64,000 bases of DNA from Octopus vulgaris (taxonomy: Eukaryota): contig OX597823.1 of assembly GCA_951406725.2 (NCBI GenBank), positions 117,118,001-117,182,000 of the forward strand, in the 5' to 3' direction. The notes under the pieces were generated by a model. It was not told the origin of the DNA. It was given only the letters and a program-made list of their open reading frames with translations, and made no database searches. Within the stretch, counting starts at the first letter, position 1. Each line of letters opens with the position of its first letter. The position numbers were made by a program, and so were the translations under genes. Of the stretch, positions 12,338-25,796 are shown in pieces.

Positions 12338-13652
12338 TTCATATCCCAAAACTATGTATGCATACATACCTTGAGTGATTATAATGTCAGTGTTTATTAA
12401 AATAAATTTCATTCTCCAAATTTAATACAATGTACAGACAGAATTGAATTTTTTTTATGCCTGTTTGTGCCTGTTTTCAAACTGCTGACCTTTCAGGTCC
12501 AGGCACTGTTGATAATTCAAAGTAAAAGAATTGCAAACAAAGAAAACCATTTTGTTCAGTTTTTGTGTGGATTCTCGTTCAATGTTTGCCTTCAGCCCAT
12601 TGCCTGTTGTTGGTATTGTTATATAAACTTTAGCTTTTAAGTATCCCCAGAAAAAGCAGCTAGTGGTTTGAGATCTGATGAATATGGAGGTCATTCTACA
12701 GAACTACTTTGTCCAATTCACCTGCTTGGCAAAATCTCATGAAGGTAGGCCCTTACGTTACTATGGTAGCACAAGAGTGCCCCATCTTGCTGGTAATAAA
12801 ACTCCAAATCACCCTATTTTGTAACTCCCAATAAATTAATACAATGTTCTTCTGTAATATACAGATTCTCTAGTCCCAAGTTGGTACATTTGTGATGATT
12901 AATTGAGCTGTTTTATTTAGATGTACTTCATCACTCTAAACATTCTTCATTGGAAAGTGTGTATCTTCTGCACATCTTGCCAAGTACCACTCGCAGAACT
13001 CCCCATTTTGGTTTTATCATCTTCATTGAAATCATGGATTATTCTTGGAATTATGTTCTGGCTTCAAATTCCACTGAGGTCGACTTTGCCTTTCATCCTT
13101 TCAGAGTCGATAAATTAAGTACCAGTTGCATACTGGAGTCAATCTAATCAACTGGCCCCTTCCTCCAAAATTTCAGACCTTGTGCCTTGAGTAGAAAAGG
13201 ATTACTCTTGAGTAGCTTTTCCAATAACAGCACACCAAAATGCAATGGTGTCTGATCTTGAAATTCTTGTTTCACAACTCTGCAATTGCCATGCAGATTC
13301 TCATGAATTTTGGTCATATGTTTCTTGTGAACTTTCTTGTGTTGTGTTCCTTGCCACTGTCCACGGTCTTTGAGAATGTTTCCTGTGGATATTCTATACA
13401 GTTCTTTCTGTTTCAAACTTGTCTCTAATCTGACAAATTGAAGTCACATATGAAAATCTGTTTGAAACTCTCTCCTACGACCCTTGCAACCCCACTCTCT
13501 ATGCATCCCAACTGCATTTTCAAACTTTCAGTATCACTGGAAGAAAAACTTCCTTGGTTCAAAGTTTAGGTTTAGTTTGCCTCCTTTCATTATTTCTACT
13601 GAGTTAAATAAAAATTGCCGTTAAAGGATGTATACATTTTTTGGAGACACTG
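12338..13652 (-). mobile_element. Degenerate Tc1/mariner-superfamily transposon (DUF4817-type, probably DD41D)
   Basis: TA|CAGTGTCTCCAAAAAATGTATAC end at 13652; peptides LNFEPRKF..KFENAV..RDKFET, YQQDGA and FFWGYLKAKVY...LKANIERE; SINE C fragment inserted at about 13055-13200; left TIR very decayed. Confidence 0.75.
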
Positions 13653-13782
13653 TATATACATGTGTGTGTGTACATATACACATATATATAAATATGATAT
13701 TTACATGTATGTATGTATACGTATGGATATATGTGTGTATACATTTATACGTACATACTAACGTATACATGCATACATACAT

Positions 13783-14164
13783 AGGCACAGACGTGGCTGT
13801 GTGGTAAGTAGCTTGCTTAACAACCACATGGTTCTGGGTTCAGTACTACTGCATGGTACCTTGGCTAAGTGTCTTCTGCTATAGCTTCACCCCAACCAAA
13901 GACTTGTGAGTGGATTTGATAGACGGAAACTGAAAGGAGCCCGTTTTATGTGTGTGTGTGTGTGTATTGTGTGTCTGTGTTTGACACCACCACCATCACT
14001 TGACAACTGATGGTGTGTTTATATCCCCATAACTTAGTGGGTTGGCTAAAGAGACTGATAGAATAAGTACTAGGCTTACAAAGAATAAATCCTGGGGTCG
14101 ATTTGTTCAACTAAAGGTGGTGCTCCAGCATGGCGGCAGTCAAATGACTGAAACAAATAAAAGA
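13783..14164 (+). mobile_element. SINE family A
   Basis: Full-length homology. Confidence 0.9.
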
Positions 14165-14577
14165 AATCACATACATACGAGTTCAGGTTTATATCTGTAA
14201 ATATTGGGGCACTGGGCTATGTAACGAGTTGTCTAAACAGCAATTTTGGGAAACCAGGCTTCTTGAAACCAGAGAGGAGAAAGCTAATTCAAAGATTACT
14301 GATTCAAGCCATCAATGGAAGTGTAAAATTTTGTAAAACTTTCCAGAATTTAGCATTTTAATATAGCATGTCTAGTCATGCAACTATATGCATAAGAATA
14401 CATACATAAAACAAAACCTACAAATCTGTACATGCACTGACTTCAAATACTGCACACATACACAAAAACGTAAAAATACCCTGTTGATGTTGAAATTCCA
14501 ATGAAGGATTCTTGGATCTAGATCAGCAACCAGCTCTTTCTCTACTGACAAGAAATCTTGAATTTAAACTGAATAAT

Positions 14578-14666
14578 AACCTACCTACCTACCTACCTAC
14601 CTACCTACCTACCTACCTACCTACCTACCTACCTACCTGCCTACTTACATACTTACCTACCTACCT
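14578..14666. repeat. (CTAC)n microsatellite
   Basis: Direct observation. Confidence 0.95.
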
Positions 14667-15239
14667 GCATGCATGCATGCATGTGGGGTCACTTTAAATT
14701 CAGTGGGCTCCCACATGCATAAGTATTAAAATTTTGCAGAATTAGCAAATTTCTATCTCAAAGCCCTTCTATTGCATTTAATTATATTTGATGAATTCGT
14801 AGAGAAAGTTTAAATAAATGACTGAAAATGGTGCTTTATAAATACACTTTCCAAAATTCAATTTTTTTTTCTCACCCATTCATTTGCAGTGTTTGACTTT
14901 TCCTTCATTGTGAAAAGTACAACGAAGGAGGGAAGAGGGAGTAAGATTTATTTTCTTTGACACGAATCACAAATGTTTCTGAATGTAGAATACAATAAAA
15001 TGGCAGAAAATTACAAAAAGGCAAAACATATCATTTTAGTGGTTGTTGTTGTTGTTGTTGTTCCAAAGGTACAATGAGTTTGTTTGTGTGAGGGGAGAGA
15101 CAAACATTGAAAAGACGTGGATTTTTAAAACTTTTGTTTTAAAAAGGCTTCCCCTTGTTTTGCAATGCATGAAAAAAATAGGGAGAATCCTGACAAAGTT
15201 TGTGAAATTCCAACATAAACGGGACAGGTAGAAACGAGC

Positions 15240-15440
15240 AAATGAGCTGATAGAAATGTTAGCATGCCCGGCAAAATGCTTAGCAGTATTTTGTCTGCTG
15301 CTACATTCTGAGTTCAAATTCCACCAAGGTTGACTTTGCCTTTCGTCCTTTTGAGATCGATTAAATAAGTACCAGTTACGCACTGAGGTCGATATAATTG
15401 ACTTAATCCATTTGTCTGTCCTTGTTTGTCCCCTCTGTGT
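15240..15440 (+). mobile_element. SINE family C (GTCGACTTTGCCTTTCATCCTTTCGGGGTCGAT body)
   Basis: Homologous to 44980-45385. Confidence 0.8.
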
Positions 15441-15444
15441 GTGG

Positions 15445-15915
15445 TCCATCTGATGACAACATGAGTTCTGGTCTTCACAATAGCAAGAACTAGTTCTGGA
15501 ATGCAATATACTTAAAGCACCATCACTGTTTTGTAACAATGGCTGCTGTCAAACTCATTGCTGAAGTCCACAAAGGTTATAATGGCAGGTAGCAGTCTTG
15601 ATTTAACTCCTATGATATGCCTTAGAGCTAAAATCTGAGGTGTGGCTCCCCTTGGTCTAAATCCATTTTGATTTGGTCTTAAATGGCTATCAAGCACCTG
15701 TTGAGGATCATTCAGTTGATGACTTTGCGTGAGATATTGGACAGTGCAATTCCTCCATAGTTAGTTTCATTGCTGAGGTTTCCTGACTGGCTTTGGTATC
15801 AAGCTAATCTGGACTTTCCTGGATCTGTAAGAGCTTATTCACAAAATCCAGTATTATTTCACCCATATTGCACTTCTTGATAACTTCAGGAGCCAGTACT
15901 ATGAATTCTTTCTAA
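15445..15915 (-). mobile_element. Degenerate RTE-like RT fragment (N-terminal part, inverted)
   Basis: LRPNQNGFRP..QILALR..TFVDFSNEFDS on the minus strand. Confidence 0.75.
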
Positions 15916-15919
15916 TGCA

Positions 15920-16168
15920 AGCATGAGTGTGGTCGCTGCCAGAACTGCCTGACTGGCCTTTGTGCCAGTGGCATGTAAAAAGCACCCACTACACTCTTGG
16001 AGTGGTTGGTGTTAGAAAGGGCATCCAGCTGTAGAAACTTTGTCAGACCAGATTGAGCCTATTGCAGCCTCTGGCTCACCATTCCTCAGTCAAACCGTCC
16101 AACCCATGCCAGCATGGAAAGCAGACATTAAACAATGATGATGATGATGTTGATGATGATGATGATGA
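15920..16168 (+). mobile_element. Family B element
   Basis: Family B core and (GAT)n tail. Confidence 0.8.
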
Positions 16169-16170
16169 CT

Positions 16171-16950
16171 AGCTGGAGTGCTACAAGGAGATATGCTTGC
16201 ACAATGCATAATCCAATAGACGACTGTGACAGAGACCTTGGTTTCATCATCGACCAGCAATGATCATGGAGAGCGTCAGCAGTAACCATCACCGACCTGG
16301 ACTTCGAAGATGATTCATCACTCTCATCTAATAGATCACTCATATCTGATAGATCAAGCTAAACAGCTGTTCAGCAGAGTAGAAGCAGCCGTTGCAAATA
16401 TAGGACATTAAGAAAAAATGGAATACATGTCTTTCAACCAATCAGTGATGTTGAACTGTTTGCTCTGAGTGGCTCCAAATTGAATGTTGCTGAAGACTTC
16501 AAGTACTTAGGTGGTTGGGTTAGCAGTTTGGAAGCAGACATCAAGATCAGGAAGACACAGGCATGGACAGCCTGTCACAATGTAAAGAAAGTTTGGATTA
16601 CCAAATTGCTCAGGCAAGTCAAAATGAAGCTGTTCATTGCAGCTGTTGAATCAGTGCTGTTATATGGCAATGAAATATGGAGACCGACAAAAAAATGATC
16701 AAATGAGCTGAATGGATGCTACACAAGAATGCTACATATGGTTCTAAATGTGAAATGGCAGCAACATGTGACAAAGGAATTGCCTTTATGGAGACCTGTC
16801 GAAAGTTAGCAAGATCACAGAAAGATGGCTGCGACTATGTGGTCAGTGTGCACCAACCTAAGCTGGGAGCATCCAAGTTAGTCTTGTGGAACCCACTTTG
16901 TGGTGATGTAAGCAGAGGAAAACATCACCACACATAAACAACTTGATTGC
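16171..16950 (+). mobile_element. Degenerate RTE-like RT fragment (C-terminal part)
   Basis: AGVLQGD, TDLDFEDD, DFKYLGGW and AAVESVLLYGNEIW. Confidence 0.8.
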
Positions 16951-16957
16951 AGACACT

Positions 16958-17560
16958 CATCATCATCATCATCGTCATCGTTTAATGTCCATTTTCCATG
17001 CTAGCATGGGTTGGACGGTTCAACCGGGGTCTGGGAAGCCAGGAGGCTGCACCAGGCTCCAGTCTGATCTGGCAGTGTTTCTACATCTGGATGCCCTTCC
17101 TAACGCCAACCACTCTGTGAGTGTAGTGGTTGCTTTTTCCATGTCACCAGCACAGGTGCCAGAGGAGGCTGGCAACGGCCACGATCGGTTTCTGCTTTTT
17201 ACGTGCCACCGGCAGGGATATCACAACTACAATTTCCATTTGATCTTCATTTTGATGTTGATGTACTTGACTCAATAGGTCTCCTAAAGCACAGCAGGTC
17301 ACCCAACAATCCAAGGTACTTTTGAATGGGCTGGGGCTGCTTATGAGAAACTGGTGTAGGAAACAGCCGTGAACTCACTTTAATTGCCGGGTCTTCGCAG
17401 TCATAGCATATCTCCAGAGGTCTCAGTCTTTTGTCATTGCCTCTGTGAGGCTCAACGCTCAAAGGTCATGCTTGACCACCTCATTCCATGTCTTCTTGGG
17501 TTTACTCCTACTCCAGATTCTTTCCACTGTTTGGGTGTGGCACTTCTTCACACATCTGGC
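16958..17560 (-). mobile_element. Family B element with RTE-derived segment
   Basis: (CAT)n end, family B core, then RTE 3'-coding-like sequence at about 17380-17560. Confidence 0.7.
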
Positions 17561-18104
17561 CTCGAATAAATCTGGGACCTCAAAGCAGTGATAATAGACT
17601 GAGAAGTGTTGCAGGTAGACTTTGTTGCTGTAATAATAAATAACCTGGCCATCATAATAGATAATATTCCAAAAGTCTGTTTTTCCTGTTTCCAGTAAGG
17701 GGTAATGGGGCTCAATGAATAACCTTTACTGCCTTTTTGACTTAGAGAAAAAAATAGTTTTATAAATATTCACTATCTTACAAAAACTGCATAAGCTAAG
17801 CAAATGATCTCTAAATGCCTTAAAAACCACTATAACATATTCAGAACACTATTTCAGAAAATTACCTCTGTTCTCTTTGAGCATAATAAAGGACAAATTT
17901 AGATGGGTCAAAATGGGTAAGAAAAGGTAAGGTAAATTTGCCTCTTCAGTTCTCCAGAATTACACATCAATATCTTGGTCAAATGAAAGGAAATCATGGA
18001 AAAATGGCATAATATGAAATTATCAAAACTTGACTAAATTAAAAAGACTCAACATAAAATATTCTCCATAACTTCTTCGTAATCTGCTGGAGCGGATCTC
18101 TGCA

Positions 18105-18546
18105 GAATTCCGGTTTAAGCACCCCATAACTTTTATTAATTTTTTGGAATTTTCAAAACACACGAGGATTCATACGACTATGAAAAGGTTTTTTTTTCAA
18201 TTTTTCAAATATTTTTCTTTAATTACAGACAGTCCTAAATGTTGACTTGAATCCCAGCAACAGACCATTAAATGTGTTTATGGGGGAAACGATATTGAAA
18301 AGCAAAGAGAAACACTAGAGTGACAAACAAAACAAGGAGGGTATCAGGTGATTGGGAGACGTGCTAAAAAGTAACAGCTAAATAGCCCTTAAATCAGACG
18401 CAATTTTTTTTTTTTTTTTTTTTTTGTTATTTCATAGTTGTATGAACTCCCATGTGAAGAATACAAATTCACAAACATTTTCTGAAAATTCCAAAAACTA
18501 GAAAAAGTTCTGAAATTTTATAAGGGGTACTTAAAGCAGAATTCCA
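18105..18546. mobile_element. Old MITE-like element with diverged long TIRs
   Basis: GAATTCCGGTTTAAGCACCCC...TTCATACGACTATGAAA mirrored by TTTCATAGTTGTATGAA...GGGGTACTTAAAGCAGAATTC. Confidence 0.55.
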
Positions 18547-18785
18547 CTTGACACTCTTCCTCATACAGTTAAAGAGAAGAGATTATTGAAATTAGTCGTT
18601 ACCCATTTTGCCCCAGTTTAGACACCAGTTTTTGAACATTGAAGACTATCAAAGTAGACATTAGCGTGGGGAAAAAAAATGGACTTGGAACCCAACAGAG
18701 GAAATTGAATGCCCAAAATTATCTCGAGATTTTATTAGTGACCTCAATTACAACTGGGTCAAAGCTGAGGGGAAATTTCTCGAAA

Positions 18786-19174
18786 AGGCACAGGAGTGGC
18801 TGTGTGGTAAATAGCTTGCTGACCAACCACATGGTTCCAGGTTCAGTCCCACTGTGCGGCACCTTGGGCAAGTGTCTTCTACTATAGCCTTGGGCCGACC
18901 AAAGCCTTGTGAGTGGATTTGGTAGACAGAAACTGAAAGAAGCCCGTCGTATATATGTATATATATGTGTGTCTGTGTTTGTCCCCTCCCCCCAACATCG
19001 CTTGATAACCAATGCTGGTGTTTTTACGTCCCTGTAACTTAGCTGTTTGGCAAAAAAGAGATCGATAGAATAAGTACTAGACTTACAAAGAATAAGTCCT
19101 GGGGTCGATTTGCTCGACTAAAGGCGGTGCTCCAGCATGGCTGCAGTCAAATGACTGAAACAAGTAAAAGAGTA
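18786..19174 (+). mobile_element. SINE family A
   Basis: Full-length homology. Confidence 0.9.
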
Positions 19175-20162
19175 CCTGTTACCTAACGGCAATAACAACA
19201 ATGCTCTAAAAGATGATAGAAGAGTACAACATGGTGATGCGCTACTTGCAATATAATGGTTTCAAACAAGTTTTGAGAAAATAATGAGAAATTGTTAATA
19301 ATCCATTTTGCCCCAGTTACCAATTTTGCCCCACTTCCCTGTAGTTATTTCACGTATTTGATAAAACGATGAAAAATAGGGAAAAAAAAGAAAGAAAGAA
19401 AAAGATTCGGTTTAATGAAAACATGGGAGCATAAAAACAATAAAAGCTGACAAAAATGCTTTGGGCTTTTGAGGTGAAATTTTATGATTAAGACTAAATT
19501 CAAAATTTAAGTTTTGGAACAAATTGGTTACTTGCTCTTTCATAAAATAACACCAATTTTCAATGCCTTACAGAAATAATGAAGTTTACAACGGCAATAT
19601 GTGTGTGTGTGTGTGTGTGTGTTTAATGGTCAGTGGTCAATCTAAGGTCAGTGTGCTCAGTCATGGATTGAAAGAAGGAATCTGAACCGGAGCCAATAAA
19701 TAACTTCTTTCTATCAGTCTCTTGATCTTTCTTCATATACACCCATGCTCTCTCTCTCTCTCTCTCTCTCATGCACATGCATGCGCATACACACAAACAC
19801 AGTCAAACACACACACAAATGCACACACACACACAAATGCACACACACACACACACACAGATACCTACATACATTTTTTGGAATGCTTTGTTGTTTTCTG
19901 TCAAAGTCCCAAAAGGAACTACTGTTAGTTCCCATGGGAATTCTGGCTGCTTTGGTAATGGGTAGCAAAGTGTTTTTTAATTAAATGAATTGATGTCACT
20001 AATGTAGTTAAAACTATGGTTATTTATCAAAAAAGAGTATCCATTACATTTTTAAAGTTATGTTTGTTTATTGAAAGCGAGTCTCTGCATGCAAGATTGT
20101 GTAGTAATGTTGAACTCTTGTTGGGTAGAGTAATCTTCATATTCCCTTTTACATATGTAACT

Positions 20163-20207
<45 letters not shown>

Positions 20208-20211
<4 letters not shown>

Positions 20212-20604
20212 CAAAACGCCCCCCCCTCCCATCCAATGGACAGTGCTAAGTTGTCAAACATTTAAACCAAATTTTCTCAAAACAACTTGTCCGACCGTCC
20301 CATAGACCTTCCCTTTGAGAAACACCGATTTAACCTAAATTTGAGACACCAGCAAAAGAAGAAATAACGATAGACTTTTTTATATTCCAAAGAAAAACGA
20401 TTTTATTGTGCGTACAAAGGTACGTTCCCACAGTTTTATCGATCGAATTCTCACTTGGAATCGATTTTTGTAATTTTTTTGAGACTTATACACGCCCTGA
20501 TACCGTCGGTATCTACATATCAAATTTGAGCGCAATCAGATGGAGGATGCCCAAGATCCTAGAAGACACACACAGAGACAGACAGACAGAACAGATTTTA
20601 TATA

Positions 20605-20608
<4 letters not shown>
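20208..20608 (+). mobile_element. Non-autonomous Helitron-like element, 3' part
   Basis: AAATTTGAGCGCAATC..., (CAGA)n and a TATATAAGAT end, as in Lep1/HINE-type elements. Confidence 0.5.
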
Positions 20609-20635
<27 letters not shown>

Positions 20636-20638
<3 letters not shown>

Positions 20639-21355
20639 ACAAAATAATATATAAACATATGCATATATACATACATATATATGTACATACCTACATCTAT
20701 ATGTATATATACATGCGTATATGGGTACAGGACACCAAAAAAACGTCGAACACAATGAGAAACAAAAACATGGAAACGGACTTTTATTTTCAAACAACGG
20801 AAAAACAGAGTACAAGACATACAATACAAGGAATATTCCCCTTCTTCAGTTCTCCCTGTTTCGTCTACACCACGTTTTCGAAGGTAAGGACAAGACGCGA
20901 CTTCGTTGAAACATGTCCTTCCCGCAAAGCAAATTAAATAAAATTTGGGAGTTTTTGTGGATGGGTAAAAGTGGTAACAAGAACAGGACAGTAATAGCAA
21001 AACAAGGCAGTGAAACCAATACGAAATGAAGACAGTAAAAGACAGGACAAGGAGAATAACATAGGGAAAACAAACGGTGAGGGCTGTTAAGCCGAGACGA
21101 TGGAAAAATTATTATTTTGAACGCATTGAGAAGACGACTTACAAGAAGGACAGGATAAGCCGTGTTGACTTGTTGAAGGTAGCAGTTGGAAAGAAATCTT
21201 CCTTCTGGTCACGTGTCAGTGATGAGAGGGAGGAGGAGGAGGAGTAAGAGAGAGGGAACGGTGAAAGGTAGAGGAGAAGAATAGGGAAGGGTGGGAGAGA
21301 AAACCAGAAAGGATGAAGAACGAGAGAGGAAGAGACAGACAGAAGAGGAAAAGTA

Positions 21356-21356
<1 letters not shown>
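20636..21356. repeat. Unclassified interspersed repeat, possibly Penelope-derived
   Basis: CpG-richer block sharply bounded by (TA)n on both sides; only decayed hammerhead-like half motifs. Confidence 0.4.
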
Positions 21357-21387
<31 letters not shown>

Positions 21388-22167
21388 TATATTCTTGTCA
21401 GAGACGAAAAGGTGGGGTGCTCTCAACTAACTCTGGCATCCTTACACTCTTTTTTACACTTTTTTTGTCTCCAGTGAAAATACTTCTCCAATGCAAACTG
21501 CAGTGAAATGCATTTAAATATTTCTCAAACATATTTAAACTGGCATCAAGTTTATTTTCTTCTCAGCACATTAACTAATGAATTTATTCAGGTTTGGCAG
21601 CTGAAATGTGCCACCAATTAATCATTTATACAGTATAAATTTCAATGACGAAATGTGGCAAAATGTTTTAACCCAAACAATTAACCATTACCAAGAAACT
21701 TAATATGGAAATGCTGTGAATTATGAATAAACGTTTTTACTTATTAGGTAATCAGTTCACATCATAAAAAATCCATGGAGTAATATGACATTTAAAGGAT
21801 ATATTACGCATAAGTTTCAATAATGAACTTACTGTATGTATATATAATATCTGTATATCTACTATTTCTTCAGTAACTGGATCCTAGATTGATATTAAAA
21901 ATGCTGAAACATATTGTTTTGTTTTTTTTATTGTACATTGAAGCATATATACCATACAAAAAAAAATCTGAACTAAAAATAGTAAAAGAATATAATGCCA
22001 GAAGCAAAGCATACATGAAAAAGAGAAAAATATATGTATAATATATGTATGCACGTGCACACACACATATATATATACACACAAACATGCATATATAAAC
22101 ATACATACAGATACACATATGCATGAAAACATTTATATACAATTACATACGACTATATATATATATA

Positions 22168-23864
22168 ATAGAATGTATTGACATTAGCGAAGAAGATGTC
22201 CTACTAGCCATAGATGAAGTGGACACAAACTCAGCTGCTGGTCCAGATGGTTTCCCAGCAATCCTCCTCAAAGCGTGTAAACATGCCCTGGCAAAACCCC
22301 TCAAGATTCTCTTCCAGAGCTTTCTTGCGAATGGCAAACTGCCAAGCAAGCTGAAGGAGGGAATGATATGCCCAATACATAAAGGGGGAAGTAGAGCAGA
22401 TGCCAAAAACTATAGGCCTATCTCTCTGACTTCACACATCAGCAAAGTCATGGAACGGATAGTCAGAATGAAACTAATCACGTTCCTTGAGGAAAATAAC
22501 TTGCTGAGTGATACCCAGCATGGTTTTTGACCAGGTAGGAGCTGGCTGACCCAGCTCTTACAACATTATGACTGGGTGTTGAGGCAGTTACTGAACAAAT
22601 CAAATGTGGACGTAATCTACCTTGATTTTGCAAAAGCTTTTGACAAGGTGGATCATGGTATGATATGCCACAAACTGCGTGACCTCGGCATAGCTGGAAA
22701 ACTTGGAGTGTGGTTGCATGACTTCCTGAAAGATAGGAGTCAGGCAGTAGTAGTTAATGGAGCCACCTCTATGAACACACAAATAGTGAGTGGTGTTCCA
22801 CAGGGCACTGTCTTGGGACCACTGCTTTTTATAGTGGCCCTCTCAGATATGCCCTCAAATGCCCGGATAGCCACTCTGGCCAGCTATGCAGACAATACAA
22901 AAGTCTCGCAGAAAATACAGAACCACAGCGATGTTGCACACCTGCAGCAGGAGTTGGACTCAATCTACAGATGGGCTGAGGATAATAATATGCAGTTTAA
23001 TGCTGAAAAATTCCAGGCCCTGCACTACCAGCATCCCAAACTGAATATTAAACTTACAGGATACACTGGTCCACAGGGAATTTCAATCCCAGAGCCTAAG
23101 TCTGTGAGGGACCTGGGTATCGACATGAGTAAACTCTTTCCAAGTGCACATTACCAGGATGGCGACAAAGTGCAGACGACTGGCTGGGTGGATCCTAAGA
23201 ACATTCAGAACCAGAGATAAGGAAACCATGATGGTCCTCTGGCGGACATTCGTCCTCAGCCGTCTGGATTACTGCTCACAGCTATGGTCACCCACCAGTG
23301 TAAAATTAACAACGGACCTTGAAGCAATCCAGAGAAGATTCACAAAGATCGTCTCTTTGGAACAGCTCAGCTACTGGGAAAGGTTGAAACAGCTAAGACT
23401 CTACTCCCTGGAGAGAAGACGCAAGAGGGATGCAGTAATATATGTCTGGAAGATCCTGGAAGAAATTGTGCCAAATTTTGGCATTGTAAGCTACACCAAT
23501 GCTAGAACGGGACAACACTGCATAGTGCCAAAGATCCCAGCAATGCCATCATGCTTCAGGACCAGCTTCTGCAACAGCCTGGGTTTCAAGGGCCCACAGC
23601 TTTTTAATACTCTCCCAAAGAGTCTGAGGAACTTGCACAAAGTAGATGTAGCTGTTTTTAAATCAAAGATGGACATCTTCCTGTCGAGAATCCCAGACGA
23701 ACCTACCACACGGCAAGAGGTGCAAATGAGAGAAGCTATATCAAACTCCATTCTTCACCAAGTGCAACATATTAGAGTAGGTTCTTCGTAATAATAGTGT
23801 AGCACAAAACGGCGGTGCATCAGCATGGTTGCAGCTCTAAGCTGAAACAAGCAAAAAAAAAAAA
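22168..23864 (+). mobile_element. 5'-truncated CR1-group LINE (RT pseudogene) with 3' UTR and A tail
   Basis: NYRPISLTS, QHGF*PGRS, YLDFAKAFDKV, GVPQGTVLGPLLF, YADN (for YADD), RDLG, SRLDYCSQLWSP and LYSLERRR; stop at 22528 and frameshift near 23130; poly(A) at 23853-23864. Confidence 0.92.
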
Positions 23865-24718
23865 TGTATATTATATATATGTATATTATATATATTTATA
23901 TTATGTATATGTATATATTATATATGTATATATTATATATGTATATATTGTATATATACATATTATATATATATATATATAATAAACAGAAAAACATGTA
24001 TGGTATTCTATGCTTTATAGGACATACAACCATTTCAGCAAAATGCTAAAATAATTGCATAGCAGTTGTAGAAACATTATGCAATCTGGCTCTTCAACCC
24101 ATTAGTATGCCACAGTAAATATTGTTTTTACTGCAGGACATTGATGAGGTGAAGTGCATAATTGCAAAATGTTTCTACAAGTGTTATGTAATTATTCCAG
24201 CATTTTGTTGAAACATGTGTATGTCCTATAATGTATTGAATATCAAACTCGTTTTTCTGCTAATTACTTTAATTTCTATTATTTTGGCTCATACTCTGTA
24301 CTCTTAGCCTACTCTGAGGTTGATTCCCCATGACATGCTACACTGGATACAAGAATAGGGTGTAGAATCTACTTCTCTGACCAATTTTTTGTTTTGTGTT
24401 ACACTCTACTTTATCCCTTTTTCTTGTATGTCTCTCTCTCTCTCTCTCTCTCTCAATATATATATGTGCTTGTGTGTGTGTGAGCATTTGCAAACATATA
24501 TTTTATGTATGTATATGTATATATATCAGTTATTAGCAATGAAGGCACTGTTATTACTAAGTGGCAGTCCTTAAACCCTATTTAATGTGGATGTATTATA
24601 TGAAAACCATAATACTGCAGTATTTGTTCTGAGAAAGCTTCTCACATAGATGTTTAATGCATAAAAGGATTGAGATATTGATAACAGATGAGAACTACTC
24701 CACTCCAGTGGTAGAACA

Positions 24719-24762
24719 GCTGTATCACGATATTTCAGCATGGTTTGTGCCTCATCAGCAGC
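24719..24762 (-). ncRNA. Degenerate type I hammerhead ribozyme motif
   Basis: GCUG-CUGAUGA-GGCA(CAAACCA)UGCU-GAAA-UAUCGUG-AUA-CAGC: stems I and II pair, stem III is weak. Confidence 0.45.
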
Positions 24763-25424
24763 AAGTGTAAACTAACAGTATGCTGACCAAATCTCCCTTC
24801 CACCAATATAGAGAGAAACAGTAATTATTCAGCCACTGGTGTAGCTGCAAACCAAGAATAAATAAAATATTAATGATGGAAGCAGTATTATTACTTAATG
24901 CACTCCTTAAATCCTATTTTATGTGGATGTATTATAAGAGCACTATAGTACTGCAACCTATAAATATTTACTACACACACACATATGCATATGTAGGTAT
25001 GATTTCATACATAGACACACACAAATATTTGCACAAACACACACACGAGCACATATATAAAGTTTCACATAAAAATATGCAAATTAATATGGTTTCCCAT
25101 GATGATTTTTAAATGTACTGAAAATTTTTTGGTTGCAATTCACTAATAGCTTGTTCTTATTCAATATGGTAGTTTTGGATAGTAATATTTCAAGTGCTTT
25201 GCATGAACATTATCAACACTCCTACAGTTTTGTATCAACTGTAAGCTATATATTCTTCAACTTATAATAACAAATGTCATATTTTTCTTGAGCTCATATT
25301 TATATATGTATGTATGTCATTATACAATTTATTTCAAAGTTTCTTGCCAATAGAGAAAGAACCGGTTTCTAACCTAGATCCAAGGTTCCTTGATTGGAAT
25401 TTCAACATCAACAACACAGTATTT

Positions 25425-25632
<208 letters not shown>

Positions 25633-25796
25633 CACCATCATCAACATCATTTAACATCTGTATTCCATGCTGGCAAATGTTGGATGGTTTGATAGGAGCT
25701 GGATAGTCAGTGGACTACATCATGCTCTTCTGTCTTCTTTGGCATGGTTTCTATGGCTGGATGCCCCTCTTAACCACCAACCACTTTACACAGTCT

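Noticed and set aside
20835-20925. Hammerhead in the 20.6-21.4 kb repeat
   Set aside because: CUGAAGA and GAAA motifs are not in a foldable order on the same strand.
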